The translations under genes and the position numbers were made by a program. Below are positions 11,101 to 19,578 of a stretch of 64,000 nt of DNA, one piece after another. The notes beneath the pieces are model-generated. The model saw only the letters and a program-made list of their open reading frames with translations. It had not been told where the DNA came from and made no database searches. Source of the stretch: Bacteroidota bacterium (GTDB taxonomy: Bacteria; Bacteroidota; Bacteroidia; NS11-12g; UBA955); the NCBI GenBank assembly GCA_030834125.1, contig JAURFW010000002.1, positions 289-64,288 on the forward strand, in the 5' to 3' direction. Positions within the stretch are counted from its first letter, which is position 1, and the number at the start of each line of letters is the position of its first letter.

Positions 11101-11542
11101 CGTTACCCAAACTTCAGAACGTATAAGTTTATATTCAGAACTCTCAAATATTGAAACAGAATTAGGATTAAGAGATTTTATCTCTGAATTAAAGGATAGA
11201 TTTGGGAATCCCCCACAACAGGTTTTGGCATTGGCCGATTCTATCCGTTTAAAATGGTTAGCCAAATCATTAGGGTTAGAAAAAGTGGCTTTACTTCAAT
11301 CTAAAATGCGTTGTTTCTTTCCTGGAGAACAAAATGCAGCAATATATCAGTCTGAAGCATTTCAGCATTTAATTCAATTGGTGGCAACTGAGCCCAAGAA
11401 GTACAATGCAAAACAAACAGATAAGGCTTTTATAATTGATGTTAGAGGAATAACGGATGTTTTTCAAGCATTGTATGAATTGGGAGAATGGAAATCTAAA
11501 ATGGGTAAGGCCGAAACTGTTTCTCAAGATGAGAGCATCTAA
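8168..11542 (+). CDS. mfd: Transcription-repair coupling factor.
   Basis: 1124 aa. Helicase motifs 'CGDVGFGKTEVAMRAA', 'LLIIDEEQKFGV' (DEEQ box) and 'LHQMRGRVGRS', plus a CarD/TRCF RNAP-interacting region and a UvrB-homology N-terminus. Confidence 0.95.
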   Translation: MNTRDIIQRLLDSGVSKDYLKSLNSKSALYLHGLCGASASLQVSLSFAANQRPILVCLSNKEEAQYFKSDLESWLTGQTIYFLPSSFLKAFSTSREHAMGVQERLETLSALRKNNQRIIVTYTEALAELVVDEEQLSSNTFEIFKGQNLDVDFLSEFLYDNGFEREDFVFEPGQFSIRGGIIDLFSFAHEEPFRMELDGDIIESIRSFDVNTQRSTKEMAQFSLVPKLSGGEGNRSTKKIPVFQYLNDDTLLFLTERTLQLENLAKAWEQNLQSYVNDKDLQTDSESLHPKATWMTPKEWMEGLESFKNVFFGGDRPAEKHDTINFQQEPQPIFKRHIEMLKAWMSENSQKGFETWVFSDNSKQIERLQVLLKDQELEQAFEPVYVGLSGGFVDFDHKIAFLTEHQLFDKYYKPKSRQRYTGTASLTLRELRHLQPGDYITHIDHGIGKFAGLEKMEVNGVAQEVLRIVYRDNDLLYVSVNSLHKISKYSGKDGTEPSLHKLGSGTWDKQKKNTKRKVKDIARELIKLYAQRKKEKGFAFQPDNYLQLELEASFFYEDTPDQAKAVDAVKADMENETPMDRLVCGDVGFGKTEVAMRAAFKSVCDSKQVAVLVPTTILAQQHYRTFKKRYSGFPVNIDYLNRFKSAKEQKEVIKKLKSGDIDVVIGTHRLIGKDIEFKDLGLLIIDEEQKFGVGAKEKLKQFRVNVDTLTLTATPIPRTLHFSLMGARDLSIINTPPPNRQPVHTELAVFNKSFIGEAVLHEINRGGQVFVVHNRIRDIHELARIIGEEVPEARVCVGHGQMEGSDLEDVMVKFIEGEFDVLVATSIIESGLDIPNANTIIINNAHMFGLSDLHQMRGRVGRSNTKAYCYLLSPPISTLPEDSRKRLRTLEEYSELGSGFQVAMRDLDIRGAGNLLGAEQSGFIADMGFDMYHKILDEALRELKQEEFTEVFEETAESIESRDCQIDTHYEILIPSDYVTQTSERISLYSELSNIETELGLRDFISELKDRFGNPPQQVLALADSIRLKWLAKSLGLEKVALLQSKMRCFFPGEQNAAIYQSEAFQHLIQLVATEPKKYNAKQTDKAFIIDVRGITDVFQALYELGEWKSKMGKAETVSQDESI

Positions 11543-12590
11543 AATCATCATATTATTATTAGCATTACAAACAATAATGGTCAAATCTCAATTACCAACT
11601 TATAACCCTGGATTAAGTTGGATGCCAGGAAAGGATACTGCATGGAATGGTAATCCCTTAAAAGATGGTAGATACGTAAATCACGAATTTCCAATGAATC
11701 ATTCATTTTCTTTGGTTTGGAAATGGAAAAAAAAGAAGAATCCGTACGATGCTGAAAAGAAAATAGATACGTTTCAACTACCTGTTAGTGATGATTGGTC
11801 TGATTTTTTAGATTCAACACAGGAAGGAATATTTTGGTTAGGACATGCGACTTTTCTCATTAGATTGGGTGGTAAAACCCTTATTACAGATCCTGTTTTT
11901 AATAAGGCTACAGTGGTAAAAAGGGAATCACCGTTTCCCATAGAAATAGAAAAGTTAAAGGGAATAGATTACATTTTAATTTCACATGATCACAGGGACC
12001 ATTTGGACAAAACCAGTTTAAGAAAACTAAAAAAGTTAAATCCGAATATTCAATATTTTACGGGATTGAGTATGGCTAAAATTTTGTCGGGATTCTTAAA
12101 GGGTGCAAAAGGCCAAACGGCGGGTTGGTATCAAAAGTATATTACAGAAGGGTTTGAATTATATTTCTTACCTACCAGACATTGGTGTAAACGATCTGTT
12201 GGAGATACAAATAAGCGTTTATGGGGCGCTTTTTTATTAAAAATAGGAGGTAAAACTATTTACTTCGGTGGTGATTCAGGATATGGTAGTCATTATGCTG
12301 ATTTGAAGAAATGGTTCCCTGAAATCAATTTAGCAGTTTTAGGTATTGGTGCTTATGAACCCGAATGGTTCATGGAGTCTAATCATACTTCACCAGCAAA
12401 AGCCTATCAAGCATTTAAGGATATGGAAGCAGATTATTTGGTTCCAATGCACTATGGAACATTCGATTTGAGCGATGAACCACTTGGGAAACCATTAAAG
12501 GTGATAAAAGGTATAAAAAATGAACAAGCCGAGACTGCAATAATACTGCCCCGGCTTGGTGATAATATCCTTAAAATGATGAAAGATTAG
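11529..12590 (+). CDS. MBL-fold metallo-hydrolase with a signal peptide.
   Basis: 'ILISHDHRDHLD' matches the HxHxDH metallo-beta-lactamase motif. The N-terminus 'MRASKIIILLLALQTIMVKSQ' is a signal peptide. The start was moved to 11529, so it overlaps the mfd stop by 14 nt. Confidence 0.75.
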   Translation: MRASKIIILLLALQTIMVKSQLPTYNPGLSWMPGKDTAWNGNPLKDGRYVNHEFPMNHSFSLVWKWKKKKNPYDAEKKIDTFQLPVSDDWSDFLDSTQEGIFWLGHATFLIRLGGKTLITDPVFNKATVVKRESPFPIEIEKLKGIDYILISHDHRDHLDKTSLRKLKKLNPNIQYFTGLSMAKILSGFLKGAKGQTAGWYQKYITEGFELYFLPTRHWCKRSVGDTNKRLWGAFLLKIGGKTIYFGGDSGYGSHYADLKKWFPEINLAVLGIGAYEPEWFMESNHTSPAKAYQAFKDMEADYLVPMHYGTFDLSDEPLGKPLKVIKGIKNEQAETAIILPRLGDNILKMMKD

Positions 12591-14407
12591 TTCTTCATTA
12601 TTTCCGTCATTCTATCAATTACGGATTGTGCGTTTTTCTTCTTAATAATAGGTTTTGATGTGTTGGTATTATTTTCAACTTTAGGCAGTGTAGCTTTGGT
12701 TTTCGTACTTGCCGCAACTTCTACTTCATCAGATTTTGCCTCCATCAAGGTTGAATCATTTGAGCTTTTTGAAAGGGTTTCAATTGCGATAGGCGCTTCA
12801 GATGTTTCTGATTCTAATATTTTTGAAGTTTTCTCAGTTGTTGCAGACATTGTTTCAGTTGCTTCTTCAACAGCAGGATCATCCTTTACTTTCTCTGCTT
12901 CAACTTCCTCTTTTATTTCTTCAGCGTCTTCAGTTTCAATACCTTCTTCTTCATAATTCATTGATTCTCCCAAAAATCCTAAAGGACAACCATTATTTGT
13001 GACAGAGCCAAATGTTCGGTAACAACTATCTCTCTTGTCAGGAACCATATCATTATCACGGTCCTTCCAAGTACCAATATTAATGTTTAATCCCAAAGCC
13101 CCAGATGCGGTAGATGCTTTTCCAAGATCCATTACCCCGAGTATATCATTTACACTTGCCCAGATTTGCAAGGGCCCAAGATTTAAACTCGTCCCTAAGC
13201 CAAGCCTTTGAACAGGAGTATTGAAGTCGTAATAGGTGTAATTAACACGCAAATCAACAAATTCACCTAATTCTTGGTGGAATGACGTGCTTACAAAACT
13301 TTTATCACCGGTTACCCCATAACCGTAACCTCCAACTAACTGAACATATGTTCTTGGTAATAGGAAGTACTCAAGGCCAAGTGTGTATCTGGGTTTAAAT
13401 GCTGTGGTGTAGGATTCTGCTTTGCTTGATTGTATGTCAAAAACAGACATTAAGGTATCAATAATTTGTAAATTCTGAATATCTTCAATCTGATTCGTAT
13501 CTAAACCAGTCCATTTCCAGGAAGAAGTGGGTAAACTAATTTCTTGTGCTCCCCAATCCCATGTCATACTTCCTAAGTTGCCTATAGATCCTGAAATTCT
13601 GATTTTTTCATTTAAACGATACACGGCACCTAGATTTACTTTATATCCTTTGTTGTACTTTAATGCATTTGAAAAATTATCTTGAATCAATTGATTCAAA
13701 TCTGCATTTGAATCGTTAAGGTAGTTTTCTATATCAATACCAAAAAGCGATGCTTGCCCTTTTAAAGAGCTTTGAATTTCCATTTGATAGATGCTCGCAA
13801 CGCCAGTATCAGTATTAATAATAATGTTCGCATCTTCTAGATTAACATTAGCAAAGCCATTAAGTAAAGAAAAACTAGCACCAACGCTTAAATTATGGCT
13901 TATAAAACGACCGTAAGAAATTGTATTCTGCAAATACGAACGGAATTGAGTACCGCTAAAATCTAATTCACAATCATCTTCAATAAATGCTGCATTCCCT
14001 AAGAATGCTAATCCCATTAAATCTTTAGGAATAAGGATTGCTCCTTCCGTTACCAAGGAAGAATTTAAAGCAACATAAGATTGAGCACTACGGTATCCTA
14101 AATGGAATATATCGGTTTGTTGCGTAACATCAAACCCCATTTGTTTATCCTTGTCTTTAATAATTCGGGTTGCAGTTTCTAATGGAGTCTCGTTTGCATC
14201 AAATAAAGAACTCAGCGTAATTCCGGATAGCGTAACTGCTTGATCTAGACGCGTTAGCCCAAGGGTAAATCGATACTGAGGTAAAAATGCTGGGTTTTCT
14301 AAATGTGATTGAGATAAATGCCTGTTGTTATAAGTAAAAGGGTTTTGTGCTAATAGAGAGGCGCTGAAACAACCCAAAACTGTAGATAATAATGCAATTT
14401 TTTTCAT
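12587..14407 (-). CDS. Outer-membrane beta-barrel protein with a thrombospondin type-3-like repeat and an acidic low-complexity tail.
   Basis: 606 aa. Signal peptide 'MKKIALLSTVLGCFSASLLAQ'. Alternating aromatic/hydrophobic strands, for example 'VQLVGGYGYGVTGDKSFVSTSFHQ'. 'DRDNDMVPDKRDSCYRTFG...GCP' fits the TSP3 pattern D-x-D-x-D-G/x-V-P-D-x-x-D-x-C. The C-terminus is a Glu/Thr/Ser-rich tail. Confidence 0.55.
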   Translation of the reverse strand: MKKIALLSTVLGCFSASLLAQNPFTYNNRHLSQSHLENPAFLPQYRFTLGLTRLDQAVTLSGITLSSLFDANETPLETATRIIKDKDKQMGFDVTQQTDIFHLGYRSAQSYVALNSSLVTEGAILIPKDLMGLAFLGNAAFIEDDCELDFSGTQFRSYLQNTISYGRFISHNLSVGASFSLLNGFANVNLEDANIIINTDTGVASIYQMEIQSSLKGQASLFGIDIENYLNDSNADLNQLIQDNFSNALKYNKGYKVNLGAVYRLNEKIRISGSIGNLGSMTWDWGAQEISLPTSSWKWTGLDTNQIEDIQNLQIIDTLMSVFDIQSSKAESYTTAFKPRYTLGLEYFLLPRTYVQLVGGYGYGVTGDKSFVSTSFHQELGEFVDLRVNYTYYDFNTPVQRLGLGTSLNLGPLQIWASVNDILGVMDLGKASTASGALGLNINIGTWKDRDNDMVPDKRDSCYRTFGSVTNNGCPLGFLGESMNYEEEGIETEDAEEIKEEVEAEKVKDDPAVEEATETMSATTEKTSKILESETSEAPIAIETLSKSSNDSTLMEAKSDEVEVAASTKTKATLPKVENNTNTSKPIIKKKNAQSVIDRMTEIMKN

Positions 14408-14427
14408 GACTTTAATATTTGAGTTGT

Positions 14428-16506
14428 TTATTGTGCGTTTAATTTGAATTTAGCTTTTGCTCGGAAAGCAAGAATAACATCCAGTCGAGTATCTGTGTAT
14501 ATACTTACTGGCTGTGTACCGCTGTTGTACGTATCAAATTTTGTAGTAATTCCCAGTTGGTTGGCATTCCCATTTCTTAAATTTTTAAGAAAATCTTCAT
14601 TCATTAATACCTCGGATAAATAGGTTGATTTCTGTGTTACTCTACCATTTGCATCGCAAATACCCGATTGAAGCAGTGTAACATCCTTTAAAGAGTCTAT
14701 TACAACATAATTTTCATCCATAAACATCAAATCTATAGTTCCACCTAATGGAAATCCGTTTATAGTTTTGATACTTAATTCTAATAATTGGAATGCACTG
14801 TCGAGCAGAGTTTCTCCAATTTCAACCGTATCAGTAAAACTGAAGTTGTTTGCACTAAATGTAATGGGTATATCGGCGTCAAATCCTAAAACTATCCCAC
14901 TAGTATTTTCAACATGATTTTCATAAACCCCTATAAATCCATCTGGATTCATCGTTGCTGTAGCATTAATCTCGAATGAAGTAGCAGGCATACCCAGACA
15001 GTCTACAATATCAGAATTAGTTTTGTCTATGGTGAAAGTTGCACTTTTCTCAGTTCCTCGTTCAGCGATAGACGGATAAGGGAAATTCATATCCTGTACA
15101 TTCATAGGAAGCGTATTGTTTTCTTCATCTTTTGATGTAATATTAATTTCTACAAGTATTGGAATTCCAAATGAATTGGTAACATATATATGCATTCTAG
15201 GATTTTCCATGCGGATTCCATTCCCAAGTTGAGCCAATTGGCTAACATCCAGGTCTTCGATAGCAATATCGTATGTTTTTTGCCCCAGATATCCATCTAC
15301 ATAACTAAATTCCATTGTACTAGGAATAAATTCAATTTCAATTTTATCTGAAGAATCAAAGTCAACCATTCCACTAGAGGCTTGAACCTCGGTTACAATA
15401 TCTGCTCTGAAAACATTATATTCTTGAGTAGGGTCTGAACCTAAATTTATACTGGTATTACTTAGATCTATTTGACTTTGGGAATTTCCTATTGGTGCAC
15501 TAATGTTTTGAGGGCCCAGTGGACTTCCTCCTTGGGTGGCATCGGTAAGCGTAAGTTTTAAATTTACTGCTGTAGGTAGTGATGAATTGATTTTAACATC
15601 AATATTTGCCAAACCCAATTCAATATTTTTCAATCTTATATCACTATTAGGGGCGCTTACATCAAGACTCATATTATTTACTGCAAGTGTTTGCGACGGT
15701 AATTTTGCTCGCCCACCAATACATTTAAGCTGGCTAAATGCAACCTCAATTTGTATTACATCTTGGAGATTAATAGGAACTTCGTTGCTGCTTTTTGATA
15801 ATTCAATTGAAGGAATGCTATAGCTGAGTTCGTTACTCAATGTTTTTCCTGTAATGTTTATACTGTCTTTGGCCGTTGCACCTGGAGGCAGACTAGAAAT
15901 ATTTATGGTTCCCAATAACTGTTGAGTAGGGAGATTGTCATAGATGGATAGTGAGAAACTGCTCAATTCGGTGGGTAGCCCGTTTCTTACACTAAAAACA
16001 ATAAAGCCATTTGATATTTTTAAACTTTCATATTCCGTACTAGGGGTCAAATTTGTAATAGCAGATATTGAGCTAGAAACTGCTGGGAAAGTATCATTTG
16101 TACCATCAGAAAGTTGCAATGCCGCTTGTGTTGCCGGATCTGTATTTGCAGACATTTCTTGAAGTGAAACTTGAATAGACTGATTTTGTCCTGCAAAATC
16201 TAATTCACCAATTGAAAATGTTGTAGTGCTTGTGCCTAAAGAAACATCCTTTAAAATACTATCTGCGATTAAATTAAACACAGAGTCTTGCTTAAATGTA
16301 AGTCGGATTAAGCCATTTGGGTCGTACTTAATGATAGAGTCTTGCTTTAACAAATCACGGGCAACTACTTTTGCTTGGGCCAGTGGTGTAAGAATTTCAG
16401 GGTTAATGGTAATATCTTGATATTTGTTAAAGTCAACATCAGACTTTTTACAAGATACAAACCAAAAACTAAGCACTAAACTTACGCCTAATAGAATTTT
16501 TTTCAT
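14428..16506 (-). CDS. Large hypothetical lipoprotein, co-directional with the downstream OMP gene.
   Basis: 692 aa. Signal peptide plus lipobox 'LSFWFVSCKK'. Ser/Thr/Asn-rich and beta-rich. No motif I can name. Confidence 0.5.
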   Translation of the reverse strand: MKKILLGVSLVLSFWFVSCKKSDVDFNKYQDITINPEILTPLAQAKVVARDLLKQDSIIKYDPNGLIRLTFKQDSVFNLIADSILKDVSLGTSTTTFSIGELDFAGQNQSIQVSLQEMSANTDPATQAALQLSDGTNDTFPAVSSSISAITNLTPSTEYESLKISNGFIVFSVRNGLPTELSSFSLSIYDNLPTQQLLGTINISSLPPGATAKDSINITGKTLSNELSYSIPSIELSKSSNEVPINLQDVIQIEVAFSQLKCIGGRAKLPSQTLAVNNMSLDVSAPNSDIRLKNIELGLANIDVKINSSLPTAVNLKLTLTDATQGGSPLGPQNISAPIGNSQSQIDLSNTSINLGSDPTQEYNVFRADIVTEVQASSGMVDFDSSDKIEIEFIPSTMEFSYVDGYLGQKTYDIAIEDLDVSQLAQLGNGIRMENPRMHIYVTNSFGIPILVEINITSKDEENNTLPMNVQDMNFPYPSIAERGTEKSATFTIDKTNSDIVDCLGMPATSFEINATATMNPDGFIGVYENHVENTSGIVLGFDADIPITFSANNFSFTDTVEIGETLLDSAFQLLELSIKTINGFPLGGTIDLMFMDENYVVIDSLKDVTLLQSGICDANGRVTQKSTYLSEVLMNEDFLKNLRNGNANQLGITTKFDTYNSGTQPVSIYTDTRLDVILAFRAKAKFKLNAQ

Positions 16507-16632
16507 AGTTTGAAGTGATTTTAATGTATCACAAAAATAGTTATATTAACGGATTTTACTCGTATTTCAGGGTATCATTTTGTGACAATACTTATTTTGT
16601 AATTAAGTGTTTTCGGCATATTTTCGAAATTA

Positions 16633-17289
16633 ATGAGAATAAGTGCGGAACAACTAAAAGGTAAATTTCCAGACTTTGATAATGAGTTAATTAATGATAT
16701 TTCAGAGTTTGGTTTTGTTAAGGAAGTTGAAAGCGGAGATGCAATTTTAAAGACGGGGCAAAGTCTTACTTACGCAATCGTTGTAATTAGAGGCGCTGTG
16801 AAAATTTATAGAGAGGGTGATGAAGGAGGGGAGTTCTTACTTTATTATTTAGATCCTGGACAGGCATGTTCAATGAGCCTTTCATGTATGCGATTTCAAG
16901 AAGAAAGTCAAATTATGGGGGTGGCCGTGGAAGATTCAGAATTATTATTAATACCTATTGAAAAAGTAAGTGAGTGGATGAGAGTTCATCGGACTTGGCA
17001 GGAATATGTAATTAATTCATACAGGAATCGTTTTGAAGAAGTATTGACGGTTCTAGACAGTGTTGCATTCCGCAGTATGGATGAAAGGCTGGAGTTTTAC
17101 TTAAAACGAGAAGCAATCCATAACAAATCCAACAAATTACACTTATCACATCAGGCAATTGCTAATGATTTGAATACCTCTAGAGAAGTAGTTTCCAGAC
17201 TTCTAAAGAAAATGGAACAACGCGGCTGGTTAACTCTTAACCGAAATCAAATCGATCTATTGCAAACAGAATCTAACGAAGAAGCATAA
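16633..17289 (+). CDS. Crp/Fnr family transcriptional regulator.
   Basis: 218 aa. A cNMP-binding beta-roll region, then the C-terminal HTH 'LSHQAIANDLNTSREVVSRLLKKMEQRGWL'. Confidence 0.85.
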   Translation: MRISAEQLKGKFPDFDNELINDISEFGFVKEVESGDAILKTGQSLTYAIVVIRGAVKIYREGDEGGEFLLYYLDPGQACSMSLSCMRFQEESQIMGVAVEDSELLLIPIEKVSEWMRVHRTWQEYVINSYRNRFEEVLTVLDSVAFRSMDERLEFYLKREAIHNKSNKLHLSHQAIANDLNTSREVVSRLLKKMEQRGWLTLNRNQIDLLQTESNEEA

Positions 17290-19570
17290 TGCTGCCTTCA
17301 TATACTTGAATATCGTTCTCAGGGCTTTTGAATGTACTACAGTAAATATATTGACCTGCGGGGCAGAATTCATCGTTGAACTTCCCATCCCATTTCTTGT
17401 TTATATCTGTAGTAGTAAATACCAATTGTCCCCAACGATTATAAATACTTATTTTATAGTCTGTAATTCTTAAAGGTGTAACCAACCCGAAGTCATCATT
17501 TTTTCCTTCGGAGTTTGCAGGACTAAAGGCATTGGCAAACCAGTATAATGGAATAGATTTTACGGTAATATCTTTAAAGGTAGTGTCATCACAACCATAT
17601 TGTGTATTTGCAATTAAACGAACGCGATAAACATCATGAGTTGGAAATTGATGAGTAGGACTTTCTAAATTTGAAAAATAGGTATCACCAAAATCCCAAT
17701 CCCAAATTTCATCGTATTCAGACTGGTTAATAAACTTAACGTCTTCTAACATTCTAGGTTGTTGAGGACTGTAATCAAATTTAGCGATAGCTCGAGGGTA
17801 AACTTCAAGGTTGGTAAGCGATGTATCTTTACAACCATAACTGTTTTCAACAATAAATTGTATTGGGAAAGTTCCAAAATCAGTGAACGCCACTGTTTCT
17901 GTTAGATTTGAACTCCTTACTCCATTTCCAAAATCCCATTGGTAGGAAATTATTGTACCTCCACCAGCAGTTGCGCCATTGTCAAAAAATATGGGGGTAT
18001 ATTGACAATCATTTTTATAATCAACATAAGCATATGGTTTAGGTGCTATGTAGACGTTTCTGAGCATCGTATCCTTACAACCTTTGGAATTGTATACAAT
18101 TAATCTAATATCTGGTAAGCCTACAGCACCATAATAATAACTAGCAGTTTTACCCTGTACGCTCGTACCTCCCATGCCAAAGTCCCAATTCTCCGATGTT
18201 ATGAACCCCGCACCAGGCCAGCTTTTTGATTCTAACTTAACTGTAGCATTCTCGCAAGTGTCAAATATTAGATAGTTTGCTACAGGAGCCGCATTTACTA
18301 AAATTCTTTTTTCAGCTGAATCTAAACAACCTGCCTGAGATCTTATAGTAAACTTAACATCCATTGTTCCGTAAGTTTGATAAAAGTGTACTGGACTCTG
18401 CTTACTAGAATAGCTGTTATCTCCAAAATCCCAAAGCCATTGAATTATTTTGTCTGTAGTTTGATTTGATTGATCAGTAAAAATGATACTGTCTTTCTGG
18501 CAATCGCCTACTACAGTGAATTGTGCTTTTGGGAATGGGGTAGTATCTGATAAAGTCCAAATACCATCAAAGTTTTTTCTAGCTCTGTATGAAATTCTAT
18601 TATTCGATGGATCTAAATCACCGCGCAAAGGATATTCCCACTTTGATTGTGTCGCATCCCATCTGAGTAAACCAAGATGATTTTCATCAATATCATCATT
18701 TGATCCACTATGGTCTGTTGTAGAGTATTGTAAATCTATGCTTACATCAGGTTTCACTGAATAACCATTCTGTTCTAAGATCCAATATCTATTTATAAAA
18801 CGCTTCGAATTTTCACCCTCGCACTCGTTATCCGTATGGAAAACTCCTATTGGTAAAGGTCTATTGTTAGGCACAGGTTGATCAACAGTAGGATAGGTAG
18901 ATAGAGCAATAAATCCAGAGTCCGAGGTATTAGATCCGGGAGTATTAACTGTAACGAGTGATAATATTTGCTCGTTACTGGCGTTAAGGAACGGGAAAAC
19001 ATAAACAGGACCTCCATTCCCAGTTCGTAGATTCCACTGAATACGTCCATATCCAAGACTTGAATTACTTTCTGAAATAACACCACCGTTACTGGTATAG
19101 GTCAAAGCATTGGACTGTTCGTTATTAATTATTAAAGTTCTTCCCTGGAGTTTTAATTTTGTATCATTCAAACGTAATCTACCCAATCCACCTCCATTAT
19201 GTCCTCCACCTACAAGAGTTGGAACCATTAAAGCGATTGTTCCATTTCCGCTTAATGTTAAATCGGGAAATGATGTAGTAGTTTTACCCTTAATCTCACC
19301 ATTTGTATTTGTAATTTCAACCTTGCCATCATTTGTTGTAAATACACCAGTATTTGCATCATTGATCCAATTACCATCTAATTTAATGGTTGAGTTGGGT
19401 TGCATTTTTATTTTAGCGTCTTTTTTTGCGATGTAATTCCCATTATTACCTTTTATAATAATATGAGATCCAGGCTGGGTAACGATATACCCATCATGTT
19501 GAACTAATCCTTGAGCAACGATTTGTAAAGAGATTAGCGAAAAAATGCCAAATGCAAATGACCTTAACAT
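17273..19570 (-). CDS. Secreted PKD-repeat protein with a T9SS type-B (gliding-motility-associated) C-terminal sorting domain.
   Basis: 765 aa. Signal peptide. Repeated PKD-like 'WDFGDN/WDFGNG...S' units. The C-terminal 'NAFSPANSEGKNDDFGLV...KISIYNRWGQLVFTT' matches the CHU_C/TIGR04131-type domain. Confidence 0.8.
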   Translation of the reverse strand: MLRSFAFGIFSLISLQIVAQGLVQHDGYIVTQPGSHIIIKGNNGNYIAKKDAKIKMQPNSTIKLDGNWINDANTGVFTTNDGKVEITNTNGEIKGKTTTSFPDLTLSGNGTIALMVPTLVGGGHNGGGLGRLRLNDTKLKLQGRTLIINNEQSNALTYTSNGGVISESNSSLGYGRIQWNLRTGNGGPVYVFPFLNASNEQILSLVTVNTPGSNTSDSGFIALSTYPTVDQPVPNNRPLPIGVFHTDNECEGENSKRFINRYWILEQNGYSVKPDVSIDLQYSTTDHSGSNDDIDENHLGLLRWDATQSKWEYPLRGDLDPSNNRISYRARKNFDGIWTLSDTTPFPKAQFTVVGDCQKDSIIFTDQSNQTTDKIIQWLWDFGDNSYSSKQSPVHFYQTYGTMDVKFTIRSQAGCLDSAEKRILVNAAPVANYLIFDTCENATVKLESKSWPGAGFITSENWDFGMGGTSVQGKTASYYYGAVGLPDIRLIVYNSKGCKDTMLRNVYIAPKPYAYVDYKNDCQYTPIFFDNGATAGGGTIISYQWDFGNGVRSSNLTETVAFTDFGTFPIQFIVENSYGCKDTSLTNLEVYPRAIAKFDYSPQQPRMLEDVKFINQSEYDEIWDWDFGDTYFSNLESPTHQFPTHDVYRVRLIANTQYGCDDTTFKDITVKSIPLYWFANAFSPANSEGKNDDFGLVTPLRITDYKISIYNRWGQLVFTTTDINKKWDGKFNDEFCPAGQYIYCSTFKSPENDIQVYEGSIMLLR

Positions 19571-19578
19571 GGAATTAA

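Noticed and set aside
11457-11528. A longer N-terminal extension of the MBL-fold hydrolase overlapping the mfd 3' end.
   Set aside because: The extension lacks a signal peptide, whereas the internal Met at 11529 is followed immediately by a canonical signal sequence. The shorter gene with a 14-nt overlap is more plausible.
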